Source of the DNA: the human T2T-CHM13v2.0 reference genome, Homo sapiens | Direction: 5' to 3' (one strand) | Assembly: GCF_009914755.1 (NCBI RefSeq) | Contig: NC_060925.1 | DNA length: 64,000 bases | In this document: positions 30,640 to 46,719 of the stretch, piece by piece | How the letters are laid out: the number at the start of each line of letters is the position of its first letter | Position numbering within the stretch: position 1 is the first letter of the stretch | Notes under the pieces: model-generated | Database searches by the model: none | Told to the model about the DNA's origin: nothing | Seen by the model: the letters and a program-made list of their open reading frames with translations, nothing else | Program-made: the position numbers and the translations under genes

Positions 30640-30855
30640 CATTATGCACTACAGAAGTGAAAAAAATCATGCTTTTGGAGCTGAGTTCAAATTCTGACTC
30701 CATCATTTGCTAGGGTGACTTTGTGCAAGTTACTTAACTTTTCTGAATCTGTTAACTTTGTTAGTAAATAAGACTAAACAATACTTCACAGAATTGTAGC
30801 TTCAGATTCAGACACAGAATTGAAGATCTGTTATAAGCTCTTCGCACATTGTAAG
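30640..30855 (+). mobile_element. MIR fragment
   Basis: ctgagttcaaattctgactccatcatttgctagggtgactttgtgcaagttacttaac. Confidence 0.7.
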
Positions 30856-31534
30856 AACACACACAATATATATGCATTTATCTAAAAGCCTTTTCTAAGA
30901 TCTCTTAGAGAAGGAAAACTAACCTATCTTGAGTTCCAGCTTTGTGCCAGAAACTTCCATGACTTTTGTCATTTAATCTTGATGAAGTGGCTGTTATCTA
31001 AATTTAACCTAAATTTACTTTACCCAGAAATAACATGAGTGTAATACCTTTCCTACCTAGCCTAAAGAGTTCTTATGAAGATGAAAAGAATTTAATGTGA
31101 AGGGATCTTGCAAATTGTCAATTTTTTATTTGTGAATATAATAGCCATTCTTTTATGAAACACTCTTTATAGTACTATGAAAAGAATGTTCAATTACCTA
31201 ACATGCATTTATTCAGATCCTACTATTTGGCCATTTATTCAGAACATGATCTCTGTGCTCAGAGACTTTATAACCAGGGATCCCAAAATGACACCTAGGA
31301 AACCAATGAGAATGGTTAGAAGCAGCTGAGCTACCATCGAAGAAGAAAGGAATTAAAAGAGAATGATCTGACTTAAAGAATAAATAGATTTAAGGAGAAG
31401 CAATTGAGAGGAGACATTTTATATAAAGGGGTTAGCATGAAAATAGGAACACAGGCAGGAAAAAAAGTCTCTTTTGAAGCCTGTGAAGAAATTAGAATTT
31501 TTCCCCTTGTAATTTACAGGAACATTAAGCATTG

Positions 31535-31900
31535 AATCATGCATGCAGAAAATATTCAGTGAGCACCTACTACGTGCCAGGCACTACTCTAAGTGCTAGG
31601 GATGCATTAGTGGACAAATTAAAAGGTTGAGGAGCTTACGTGCTAGTGGGTGAGACTGCCACTAAACATAATAAATAAATTATACAGAATGTTAGAAGGT
31701 TATGAGTACAATAGAAAAGACATACTACAGTAGGGTAGGGTGATCCAAAGCACCAGGAGTTTGAGATATTAGGTGGCAATATAAAATAGGGTGGTCAAGC
31801 TGGGCTTCACTGATATGGTAACATGTAAGAAAGGCTTGAAAGAGGTGAAGGAGTGAGTCAAGCAGATTTATGGAGAAGGAGCTTCAGGCAGAAGGAACAG
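31535..31900 (-). mobile_element. L2 fragment
   Basis: tattcagtgagcacctactacgtgccaggcactactctaagtgctaggga...gggtggtcaag... Confidence 0.7.
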
Positions 31901-31904
31901 CTAG

Positions 31905-32068
31905 AGTGATAGTTCTCAAAATGTGATTCCCTGTCAAGACAAAGTGCATTAACATGATCTGGGAACCTGTTGGAAATACACATTTTCAGGTCCCATCTGA
32001 AACTCTGGAAGGCCCAGCAATCTTTCACTGGAGGGTTCTGGTGTTCCCTAAAATTTGAGAGCTACTGA
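31905..32068. mobile_element. MER5A-like hAT element
   Basis: agttctcaaaatgtgattccc...aaatttgagagctactg. Confidence 0.6.
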
Positions 32069-32757
32069 TCAAGAGGAAAGATCTAGTGGGTTTGTGCTGA
32101 GCTTGTGCCAGGCTTGTACAACCCCAGCATAACTAAAGTGAAATGCACCAGAGAAAAAGAAGCGATAGCGGAGATTGGAGGGGCTCTATTGAATGCTCTC
32201 ATGCTAGACGTCGCATTTTTATCTGAAGTTCTACTTATGTAGTAATTTAAGAAGCCTCTCCCCCAAAGGAAAAAAAAAGTACGGTAGCATTAGTTGGCCC
32301 TGCTCAGAGTACATGACAAGAAGCTCCAATCATAGACCAGTTGAAAGTGTATGTTACAGAGAAGCCAAACACCTCACTATAATTAACTGTTTTATCAGCT
32401 GCTTTGAAAACCTATCATCGAGAATTTCCAAATGAAAAAGACTTGGGTTTCCCAGCTGAGACTGTTTGGAACCTGGTCGCTGGGGTTTTCCACAAACTAA
32501 GCTATCATTAAATATTTCTACCACTGAAGGGGGTCATTAGGTGTGCAAGCCCATTCGATTTAAATTCCTACTTATTTTGGTTGTGGATCTCGATATAGAT
32601 TTGTGTCCCTAAGGCAGAAAAGAAGATGTTGGCATTTATGGATCTTAAAAATGTATTTTTTTTTCTAAAGATCTTAATGGATAAAGTAACTAGGGCTACA
32701 ACAAGAGCTGGAAGCTTACACCCAAATATTTTGCCTGAACAATGGCTCCTTGTTTTA

Positions 32758-33318
<561 letters not shown>

Positions 33319-34634
33319 TCAGCAGGGGACAGATGGAAAAGAATTTTAATGGGTCTATGCTGACTGGTGCCATCCCAATTTTATGCCTTATCTTCCTGAC
33401 ATATTTTGCCAGCTTGTTCACAGATATACCCTTTGGTTATATATATATACCTGGGATTCTGATTTAAGCAGGTACCGAACCTTGGACTGTATCAACTCTA
33501 CTTCGGTTTCATGGACTAGATTCTAGGGTCCAGCCCAGGCTTTCCCAGCACCAATCTTGGCCTGCCCCTGACTTTATCTTGACAGTGTCCCAGTAGTTAA
33601 GTTCCCCTGTGAGCCCCTCACTCTGACTCACCTGGAGCTCAGAGGTTTCCCTGTGCTTAGGCCCATCTCCCGTGGTGCCTCTACCTAGAGTCCTTCAGCT
33701 GCAGTTTTGGCTTCACTGTCTACTCCTTATTTTTTTGAGGTCTGACCTCAGAGTATCTTAAGAATGCAATATTTAACAAAACATATCCCTCCAAGCTTTG
33801 CAATATCCCCTGTGATCCCATTTCATGGGTAAGAAACCAAAATTATTATAGTCGATGAATAATAACCCCACTGATTCACAGGAACATTAAGAAAACCTTG
33901 CCAGGCTAAGCAATTCCAGGCAGCCTTCAGCCGCCACCACCGGTGATGAATCACAGAGGCTGCTGCCAGAGATGGGACATTTTGGGACTCTGCACATACA
34001 ACTTAAGACACAGGATGGGAGTGGAGGTGAGAAAGAGAAGACATAAGATCCGTCCAGGGCAAAGGATTCAAAGGTCACCAGGACTACACTCACCTCCTGA
34101 GACCTGGTGACAGCAAAAACATTTCCTCGACGTGACTTCTATTTGGAAGTTGAGGAGACAGTTCAGCCACCTTGTAGAGTATTTTGCATCAGCTAATGCT
34201 CCCTGGCCTGACACACTCACAAACTCTGACCCATTTAGATAACCTCCCCTCAACCAAAAAAGAACGCACTTTCACCAGCCCCTGAAATCTCCCAATGAAT
34301 TTATCTTTTTAAAATGAGATAATTACACACGAAGCACTTAGAACAATGCCTGGCGCATATTCAGCACTGACTACGTGCTAGCTATAGTTGTTATTTTTGT
34401 CTGTGGTCTGAAGACAGATGCAGTGCCACTTGTCTCTTCAGACGCCAGTATCTCAATGCCCCTCTTCACCCGTGCCACACCCAGCCTACCAGGTCTCATC
34501 TCATCGAAAAACAAACAACAATAACAGCAACCCTCCCGCCCCCAAGCATTCTAATCAAATACTGCCTCTATATGCTATTCAGATTGCTTTTTTAAAAATG
34601 AAAATATACCTCAAAATGAAACAAATCAGGGATG

Positions 34635-34990
34635 CTTAATGATAGCCAAAATGTAATGTGGGGACCTTGTTTGGGTCCTGAGTCAAACAAAGCAACTATA
34701 AGAAGACATTTTAGAGACAATCGGGGAACCTTAATTACAGACTGGGTAGCCATAATACCAAAGCACTGTGGTTACTTTTGTTAGGTGTGATAATGGCATT
34801 GTGGTTATTTACTTATTTTGTTTTCAAAAAAAATATTTTGAGAGATTCAGAGGTGAAATAATATAAGGTCTGGAATTTGCTTGAAAGGAGCTCAGCAAAT
34901 AAAAAATAAACAAAAAAGGGAGGATAGATCAAATAATGTAGCAAAAACTTCATAATTATGGATATGGGGGGTGGGCATATGGCAGTGTCT
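34635..34990 (+). mobile_element. Old L1M 3' UTR fragment
   Basis: aatgtaatgtggggaccttgtttgggtcctg...ttaggtgtgataatggcattgtggttat. Confidence 0.65.
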
Positions 34991-36087
34991 CCTGTTTTTT
35001 TCTCTACTTTACTGAATTAGCTCTCATGCCAAAAACAAAAAAACAAAAAAGGTTGCTGACCAAAAGTTTTTGGCAGTAGAAACTCAAGATTGGTAGGCCA
35101 TGGGCAACGGATTGAATACTGATAGCAAGGGAGGCCATGAGGGGCGATTGAAACCTGGACCAGAGGTGAACATTACCGGGGCTGGAGGTGGTGAGAGTTT
35201 CTGGTGAAAGTGAATTCTGTATCCTGGAGTCTGGGGGAAAGAGAGGGCTGTAAAGTGAGACAGGCCAGTGCTCTGTCAAGAACTGGGGGAAGAGGAGAGA
35301 GATCCAACCGAGACACAGGCTGCAGGATTCCACCTCTGCTCGCTGGGTGCCATCCAGGCCATGTTACACCCCCGTTGCTTCTTGGAATGTGCTATCCTGT
35401 CTCCAGCAGAGCAGGGCTAGTCTTTGGCTAGTCTTTCCTCTGGAAACAGAGAAAACGTGTAGAGAGAAAAAAATAGAAATTACTGTTTTCTCTGGAGTTC
35501 ACATGCCCTAAAATGACAAGATTCTCTTAACAGTGCTTTTTAGGAATAGGCATGGTGTGATTGTGGGAGGCTTGGGAAGGGCTGTCTCTGCTCCCAAAAT
35601 ATTTCCCCTCCCTCTTTCTTTACCTAAAATTCTACCCAAACGGGTGAGGTCTTTCTTTTCCACATCTAGAGCTCAGTTTACAGTGTTAAAATTCTTGGCT
35701 ATGACTGCAGCTTATTCACCCTAATGCAGAAAGGACTAAGATCACGTTCTTCCTTCCCTTGCTGGCAAAAACTAGAGACAGCAGAGGGCCCTGGGAATAG
35801 GGAGGATGAAAACAAACTTAAATTATCTACAACGTGGCTGAGCACTGTTTCTCTGAATCTACTGGACAAATAGAAGTGGATGAAGAGTATGCAGCCATGT
35901 CTATTCTCAGACGGCACTCTGAAGAAGACTAAAGTACCTACATTCCCTTAATGACTCAGGCATCAGAGACATCTCCTCTCTCCCAGGCCCCACTCAGAAA
36001 AAATGTCAGATGCTGAACATATCCATAGCAACCAAGAACACTCCTCGGTGCCACCTTGGCCTCAGTTCCTGAATTTCTGAAATGGAT

Positions 36088-36211
36088 TGAGAGAGAGAGG
36101 GAGAGGAGGAGGGGGAGAGGGAGAAGAAGAGGGGAGGAGGGAGGAGGGAGAAAAAGGGGGAGAGAAGAAGAGGGGAGGGGGAGGAGGGGGAGAGGGAGAG
36201 GGAGAGGAAGA
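36088..36211. repeat. GA/GGGA polypurine low-complexity tract
   Basis: ~120 nt of purines with several G3-G5 runs. Confidence 0.9.
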
Positions 36212-36681
36212 ATCATACTTCTATATTTATCTTTTCCCTCCCTACTCTGGGATTTTATAAAAATTAATAAAATAGTGACTGCACCTGGCCCCCTGGAAGA
36301 AGACCCCTTTCTGTGCCGTGGGAATGATGCCATTTTCTTCCCATATTCTCCTCAGATGTCTTTTCCATTAATCACCTGATTTTGAGAAGCATAAAGGAAT
36401 TTGGTGTCCTTTCTATTTTAGTCCATCATATTATTTTGTAACTCAACCATATTTGTAAAGAAAAGCTAGGTTGTATTCCCACTAACAGTTCAACAGAGCA
36501 ATGTTCCAAGTGGGTTGTAGTAAAATAATGTTAATCTTTTTCTTGGAGCAGGAAGAAATACAGCAACCCTTTGTCAGTCTTCCACTTGCTGCAAGAAATG
36601 GGAATCTTGCAGAAACACTGGACTTGCATAGGCAATGAGAAGGCATTGAAAGAATAGTTCACCAAGAAATGGTAGTTCCTC

Positions 36682-36985
<304 letters not shown>

Positions 36986-37510
36986 CAGTTCCCCTTTTAT
37001 TTTAATGACACGCTCCCTCTTTTCTTTAGGAATATATCCCTCCTCACCCCCTCAGGCCCTGGTGAGGTTGTCAATCACAGTACCCCATCCCTCTTCTGGC
37101 TCCAGTGGGAAATATGCTGACCCAGATTGGCCAATCTGAGTACACCATCATTCTGACCATTGTCATTAGTTCAGGGCAGGCAAATGACCCAAGCCGGTCA
37201 ATCAGGGCTGTCAAAAGCTGGCACTGCACAATCCAACAGAACTTGTTTACTCTGCAGCAACGTCCTTGCCAGCTCAGGTCCCTGCTGTGATGGACTCCTG
37301 GCCTGACTCTGAGGTTTGTTCACACTCTCAGTGCCCAGCCAGGGCAGCTACATGCCGAGGGGCTTCCTGCCTATGCCACACGTTCACCAGAGCACTGCCA
37401 AGGTTCCAGGGAAATGGAGCCGACTGGGTTTGTCAGAGCCAGGTCTCAGACAATACTTTTGGATCTGCTGTGGTAGGGATGAACCAGTCCCTCTGGGGAA
37501 AGAATATTCC

Positions 37511-38576
37511 TGTGACGTGTAAGAAATACATACTTGGGCTGGGCACAGTGGCTCATGCCTGTAATCCCAGCACTTTGAGTGGCAGAGGCGGGAGGATTGC
37601 TTGAACCCAGGAGTTCATGACTGGACTGGGCAACATAGCAAAAACTGTCTCTACAAAAAGTACAAAAATTAGCTGGGCATGGTGGTACACTCCTGTAGTC
37701 CCAGCTACTTGGGAGGCTGAGGTGAGAGGATTGATTGAACCCTGGAGGTCAAGGTTGTAGTGGGCCATGGTTGTGCCACTGCACTCCAGCCTGGTGACAA
37801 AGCAAGACCCTGTCTAAACAAACAACAACAACAACAACAAAACAAAAAACAAAACAAAACAAAAAAACAGAGAGAGAAATACATATTTGGTCTCTGCCCT
37901 CTGGGGCCCCATGAGTAGACACTGGAAACTTTTAGTCCCATCCTTTGTCCTTCAGGGAGGGGAGAGGAGCTAGAGATTGAGTTAGTAATGCCTACCTAAT
38001 GAAGCCTCCATACAAATCCCTAAAGTATGGGGTTTGGAGAGCTTTGGTGTTCGTGAGCGAGACTGCACCCACATACTGAGAGGGTGGCAGAACTCGTTCA
38101 TGGAGACAGAAGATTCCTATGCTCAAGACCCTTCCAGACCTTGCCCTATGTGTCTCTTCATGTGGTTGTTTGTTTGTATTCTTTAATATGTCCTAATAAA
38201 CTGGTAATCTAGTAAGGAAACTGTTCTCCTGAGTTCTGCAAGCTGCAATAGCAAACGGTCAAACCTGTGGAGAGGGTCCTGGGAACCTCTGATCTGGAGC
38301 CAAGTCAGGCAAAGTTGTGGGTAAACTGGGGACTCACCACTTGCAGTTGACATCTAGGGTAGGGGGCAGTCTCATGAAATCATGCCCTTAGCTTGTGAGA
38401 TCAGATGCTAACTTCAGGTAGATAGTGTCAGAATTGAGTTGACTTGTGGAACACCTGGTTGGTGTCTTCTGAGAAGTGAGGAATAGGTGTTGGGAAAAAA
38501 ATCCCACACATCTGGCGTCAGAAGTGCTCTGTAGTGAGCATGAGTATAGGGAAAAACAGTTTATTTTTTCTATATA
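37511..38576 (+). mobile_element. MER21-family LTR interrupted by an Alu (37537-37866, +)
   Basis: tgtgacgtgtaagaaatacata...ggaggggagaggagctagagattgag...gtagatagtgtcagaattgag; Alu TSD agaaatacata(c/t)ttgg. Confidence 0.82.
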
Positions 38577-38659
38577 ACCCCCAAAGAGAGACTCACCAGG
38601 ACAGAAGGAAGATTTGGAGCTGGTTACCCGGGCTTTGTGCTGAGATCCAAAGATTTTTC

Positions 38660-39036
<377 letters not shown>

Positions 39037-39414
39037 TTACCCCTTCCCCCAAGGTAACAGATGCTTGTGCGCAGCCACAGCTGACTAACCAGGCAGGGAC
39101 TATACAAGAGAGAAAAAAGATGCTGCAGAATGACCTTAGTCACCTCTAGACATATGATAGATAGGCTGTCATAACTTTTAAGCACCTTTCTCAAGGCCCA
39201 CAGTGTTATACCACACTGTTTCCATCTGAATGCTTCAGAGAACAGGTTTCAAGCAAGACAACCTGGTACCCAGAAGTGGAGGCAGGGCACTCTTAACCAG
39301 CATGCACCTGGCATGAGAAATACTCTAGGATTTTCTATACAGCAGATTAAGAAATATGGGGATCCCAGTTGGGTTAAGAATTAAGTGCCTTTCCAATTGA
39401 CTTAGTGCTGGTGA

Positions 39415-40024
<610 letters not shown>

Positions 40025-40169
40025 ATCTACTTAATTCTTAAAAGTGGTCTTTAGAAATTGACTCCTAAGGCAGCTGTCCTGCCTGCCCCTCAACCCAGTT
40101 CTGCATCTGTGCCATTGCTTCTGTGCACCCTCTCTGCTTCCCCAACCTTCTTTAAATAGGTCATGCTAT

Positions 40170-40188
40170 CTCCCACCAGAGGGCAATG
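40170..40188 (+). promoter_or_regulatory. Candidate CTCF site
   Basis: CCACCAGAGGGCA at 40173-40185 matches the CTCF core CCASYAGRKGGCR, in non-repeat sequence. Confidence 0.45.
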
Positions 40189-40756
40189 GAATGAGTGTGT
40201 TAAGAATAGAATTCTGCAGATAAAGCCCACTCTGATTTTTTCACTGTTACCTGCTGTGTGTTTGGAGCCTGCTTGCCCATTGACCTGAGGCCTCACACCA
40301 CTAGGCCTTTCCAGTGACTGCCTCACTGAGACCCTTTTGGATTTTCAATCCTGTAATGCTAATGAAAGCTTTATCCAATTGATGGCATCCCACTAATAAC
40401 AATGTTGGCATGCATGGCCCTTTCATCTCCTCTTGGCTAGTGATAAAATAGTCTGCGATTCCAGCTGGAAACGATTTTGACTCAAGGGGTTTCTTGGCCA
40501 GAGGTAAATTGTTTCTTTATATCTATACTGGTGGCCATCTGAATTGTATAAGTTTAAACGTTTTTCTGTCAAAGAAAATATCTCAGATATAAAGTGTGAC
40601 TTTTGGCTAAGGTATTCTAGGAGACAGAGAATGGTATCCAGGTTGGATTACTTAATATAAAAATAGAATCATATTCTCTTACTTGCATTTTTCTTCAAGC
40701 CATTTTGTTGACACACAGTACCAAAAGCATTTCAGAGGTCAGTAGCAGGCATCTGA

Positions 40757-41114
<358 letters not shown>

Positions 41115-41256
41115 TAAGGCAGCAAAAAACCCAGTTTCAGGCTCTGCCTTCTTAAACACAGCCATATAAGACAGATTAGGATAAAAAAATATAGACCCAT
41201 ATTCATTTAAGATATGCAGATAGAAATTGCCAAGTATTAGTGCCATGCACAGGGTT

Positions 41257-41369
41257 TAAGGTGACCAATTGCCTCAGTTTTCCCAGTACTGTCTGGGTTT
41301 TAGCACTGTAAGTCCCACATCCCAGGAAACACCTTGGTCCCAGGCAAACTGGAACATTTGGTCACCCAA
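41257..41369. mobile_element. MER81-like hAT-Blackjack MITE
   Basis: TIRs ggtgaccaa...ttggtcacc; ~113 bp; internal ttttagcactgtaagtccc. Confidence 0.75.
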
Positions 41370-42731
41370 GAGCAGGCCAAGTCACAGAACTCAGGCCATG
41401 GCCAAAATGAATAGACTGTTCAGGTATTTTTATGGTTGATGTATATTATTTGTCTCAATTTATTTGTGTCTTAGTAAAAGAAGGGTTAAAATCTGAACCT
41501 CACGCTCAGAATTGTTGTAAGAAACTGCCTCAATTAGTCACTAGGCAATTTGCAAATGTGAGATGGTATGAAATTATAAATAATAGCTTGGAGTGATTTT
41601 AATGTAGCTAGTAGACCTAACCTGGCTGATGCCAAGGGTCTCGCTGTGTAACTATTAGAGCTTTGCCTATGAAGAAAATCTAGTCCATTGTGAGCAATTT
41701 CACATTTCTTTCGTTCCTGCTAATGCTAGGCCACCTCTCAGGACAATCCAGGGCAACCTTGGCTCCAATTTTGTCTAACCCGGCTGGATGCAGCCAAATT
41801 ATGGGCTTCTTTTTAGGTGGAGCATATTTTTGTGGGCTGTGGGAGACCTGTAATTCTTTTTTTTTTTTCCCCTCGTGCAAACCATTTATAGCTTTGGGTG
41901 ATGTAAAATCCACAGGGTGCCTACAACAGTGTCACGCAACCAAAGGGCTTCCCACATGATCCATCTGGGACACAGTGGAGCCAGGGCCTCACCCAAGTCT
42001 CTGTCCATCCACTTTCAACTCCTCCTGCCCTCCTCCCCCCATCTCCCAAGTGGGGCAGCAGCCCACAGAGCCTTTTACTTCTTTCACCCGCTTGTGGTTC
42101 AGCGGCTTCAATTATCAGCCAGGTTTTCTTTTCATCGACAGAGCTATTGTTTGATGCTGTGCATTCATCCATCCATAAGCACCTCAAATCTGTCTGACTT
42201 GCTAGTTTCAGAACCATGGCAACAGCACAGCTTTGTGCAGGAGTCCTAGATTAGGAAGCAAAACCTCATTTTTAGGTCCAGCTCTGTCATAGCCTTGCTG
42301 AGATGTCTCAGGCAAATTGCCCCACCTCTCAGGACTTCCGTGTCCTCATTTATTAAATGAGAGGTTTGGATTAAATTAATTCTAAAGCACCTATAGCCTC
42401 TAAAATTCTATGATTCAATATAAGAGTGCTAACTGGCAGGGAAAATAGGAAAGAGAGGGAAGAGATTAAGAGATACAAAGCCCAGTAAGGTGGAAGCCAG
42501 GGCTAGCGCAAGATGCTCAGTCAAAGGGCTGGCCAACCACTTACTGTTTAGAACAGAAATATGTGCTACTGGATTCTAAGGAGTTTGTTGGGCTATGGTG
42601 TGATTTTACTCTTTTCCCATCATCATCCAAAACTTTTAGTCAAAGGGCTACCCAACCAGCCTTCCCTTGGGGCTAATATGGAGAAAAGCTTACCGTGAAG
42701 TAAACAAAGATAACAGTAAAAAATTGGTTCT

Positions 42732-43048
42732 GGCCGGGCGTGGTGGCTCACCCCTTTAATCCCAGCACTTTGGGAGGCCGAGGTGGGTGGATCACAAGGT
42801 CAGGAGATGGAAACCATCCTGGCCAATATGGTGAAACCCTGTCTCTACTAAAATACAAAAAAAAAAAAAAAAAAAAAAAATTTAACTGGGCACGTTGGTG
42901 CGCTCCTGTAGTCCCTGCTACTCTGGAGGCTGAGGCAAGGGAATCGCTTGAACCTGGGAGGCGGAGATTGCAGTGAGCCAAGATCATGCCACTTCACTCC
43001 AGGCTGGCGACAGAGCGAGACCCTGTCTCAAAAAAAAAAAAAAAAAAA
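42732..43048 (+). mobile_element. AluS (Sc-like) with expanded central A-tract
   Basis: Full dimer; TSD aaaaaattggttct. Confidence 0.92.
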
Positions 43049-44268
43049 TTGGTTCTAAGGAAACAACCCAGAAACCTATTAAATTGAAATCTATTTACAA
43101 ATAGCTTGTTTTCTCAGAACATAAAAAAAAAAAACTGCAATTCGATACATCTCAACAGGAGACCCTGCGTTTAGCAAACAGTCCTACAAATGCAGATTCT
43201 TGGAAATTACTACACATGGCATGGCTGTACTGAGAGGAAGCAATGAAGCAGACATCATCACTGTTGTCTCGACTGGCCTTTACTCTGGACTCTACAGCCC
43301 TGGTTCTTTGTTCTTTATTTTAGGCTTTCAGGAATTTTACTTTACTGGGATATGATAACTCCTATGATTATAAAGGATCTAATTAATTAAAGCAGGCTCC
43401 AGAGGAAGATTACCACTGGAACTCTTCAGTTCCCGCTGTTATTGGTGGGCCTCAATTATTGCTATTCCCTTTACCCTAATTAACTTCTTGGATATAGTCC
43501 ACAAAGGAAAATAACAATTTATATAGCTATTCTAGATTCTTTCATCCTGGGGTCTCTAGAATCCCAAGGGTACGCACAATAGTAATAATCTTGGAACTAC
43601 TTTTGTAATTTCCAACCTCATATTAACAATTATGAATTTCTCTCAATCTGTTCCATTCTTTTTTGAATGTAGCTACCTTTGCGTTCACTATACTCAAGCA
43701 GGCACATTAAATAATGTCTGTCCAGGAATTCACTCAGGTCCAGTCTCTATTTACTGTTTCATCCCACTGCTGGCTACATTTATAATCCCAACCTTGTGAT
43801 GCCTCCAGATATAAGCACTCAATAGCTTGCATTTGGTCTCCATAATTTTTAAAAACTTTTTATTATGAAAAAATGTGTCGAAGTAGAGAAGGTAGTATAA
43901 TAAACCTCCGTGAACCTATCACAGAGCTTCCATATTATCAACTCACTTAATGCCCAACTACATTTGATGCCCAGAACAGTCATTTTAAACACTCCCCTCC
44001 TCTATACGATGAAGCTATTTTTGGTAATCCTTATGAAATGAAACAAACAATAGTAATGATCAGAATAGAAATGCAGAAGGTGAAAATTTTCTTTTATTGA
44101 ACGTTATAGATGTAATCATGTCAGTAAAAAAAAAATTATAATACTAAAAAAAAAAGAGGCACAATATTTATTCAATAATGTTTATATTTCCCTAGCAGTT
44201 TAAACTTTGACCGTTTGGTTACAGTATGATATAATAGTACATTATGTACATAAGTGTCCACTAGCTAA

Positions 44269-44634
<366 letters not shown>

Positions 44635-46265
44635 AAAATGTCATATTTTATTTTCTTGATCCATTCTTCAGTTTTTAAAATAATTAATAATCAAGAAAGG
44701 AAAATACATTTCTATTTTAAAGATATTCAAAATCAGTAAAATGTTTCAGGTATGAACTACAGTTTATACTTATCAACAATAAAATTACACCTTGCAGTTC
44801 ATTCTGTTTCAGTGTTTTTCAATTTTAAGCAGAAATAAACATTCCAAAATGTCACATAGAATGACAGAATTGAAGTATCTCAAGTTCTTTCTTTCTTTTT
44901 TTTTTGACTTTTACAATTGCTATACTTTTCTAGTTAATTTCAAATCTACTTTTTAAAGACAGGAACATGTGTTCCACAGGGTTAAAGACATGCTCTGCAG
45001 CAGAAGAGAGCTTTAATGATTCCTCAGAAGTACAGGCATTTACACTTCCATATTCTCTACAGACAATGCATCATTTTATTGTCTGCATCTGGGGTGAACT
45101 GCTCCAACCACCCTTGCCCTTGGTGTGTCAATGCTCCATACATTTTAACACAGCCTGGACACTGTGTTATATGGTGACCCATAGTGACTTGGGGACCATG
45201 TCCTTCCCATTACTCTGGCTCTACCCAGGGCTTTGTCTTACGATTCCTTATGATGAGTCAGCATGCTTGACTTTGTTCACACTAACTTTAGATTGGACCA
45301 GAAAATTCAGCTTTGACAATTCTGTAAGGTGCATGACTTTTCTGGCCATGCAGAAAGGGCTTCTCTTTAATAAAACTGCCTATTTTTTCTTTCTGTTCTC
45401 AGATGGACCAGTTAATATAGAAGTTTTTTTTTAAGACATAATTGAAAGCTTTCAGAAGCAGCCAACATATCCAAAATCCTACCTGATACCTTTTTACAAA
45501 GTGCTCTAAATTTCCAGCCTTAGGAGGCACATTGTCTGAACCCCATGAAACAATAGGGAACAATTCAACCAGTTGCTTTGCTATCTTCTGAAAGGGTTGC
45601 CATCTTCCCTCTAGAGAAAGAGGGAGGTGCTAGCAAACTCAGTTCATCAAATTCCACATTTTAAGGCCTGTTACTTTAAATACCCTGCAAGTATTTACCA
45701 GGACACCAAATGGAAAAGAGATTAACTCAAGAGGAATTTTGATAATAGCTAGGACATAAAGAAAACCAGTTGAGAGTCATAGTGTGGACAAGGGCAGGTA
45801 GGCAAGACTAGACCAAGACAGGTCCGGAAGGCTAATAATTTAGTCCCTCTTCAAACCAATGCTCTTTAGATGTTGATTCAATATTTATTTTGTGGGAGAG
45901 AAATATTTTAAAATTTCCACTTGAGATTACTATCTAGTTTGATGAGAGTACGACCGAATTTTATTTTAGCCAACTATATAAAAATTCTCTTGTGGAGACC
46001 TGCATTAACTGCCACCATATAGCCAATGTACTCTATTGATGTTTTCTTGCCTACTTATTAATAGGTGCCCTGGGCATCTGCACAGCTGGTACACTCCTTC
46101 ATCCAAAGTTTGATCAAGACAAAGGAAAACATAATTAGGAGCTCAGGGTAAGAAAGTATGATAAAGCCTGGTGGGCTATGGGCTATTGCCTTGTTTTTTG
46201 TTTCTGTTCATTTTTTCTTTTTGTTATTTTAACTGTTATGCTCTACTTGTTTTGCAACTATACTA

Positions 46266-46592
<327 letters not shown>

Positions 46593-46719
46593 GCAACTAT
46601 ACCCTTCATGAACCAAAGCAGCCAGTTCCATGCCAACTGTTCAGTATACTGAAAAATTCTGCAACCTAAATTTAGCTATTTTAAAAAATGTCTTTTGAAG
46701 TTCTTTTAGATGTATGCTG

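Noticed and set aside
35956-36379. R/G-rich and P/L-rich ORFs
   Set aside because: Translations of the polypurine low-complexity tract
42517-42625. Possible C/D box snoRNA on the minus strand (ATGATGA ... CTGA)
   Set aside because: No terminal stem and no recognisable guide sequence; the boxes are short enough to occur by chance
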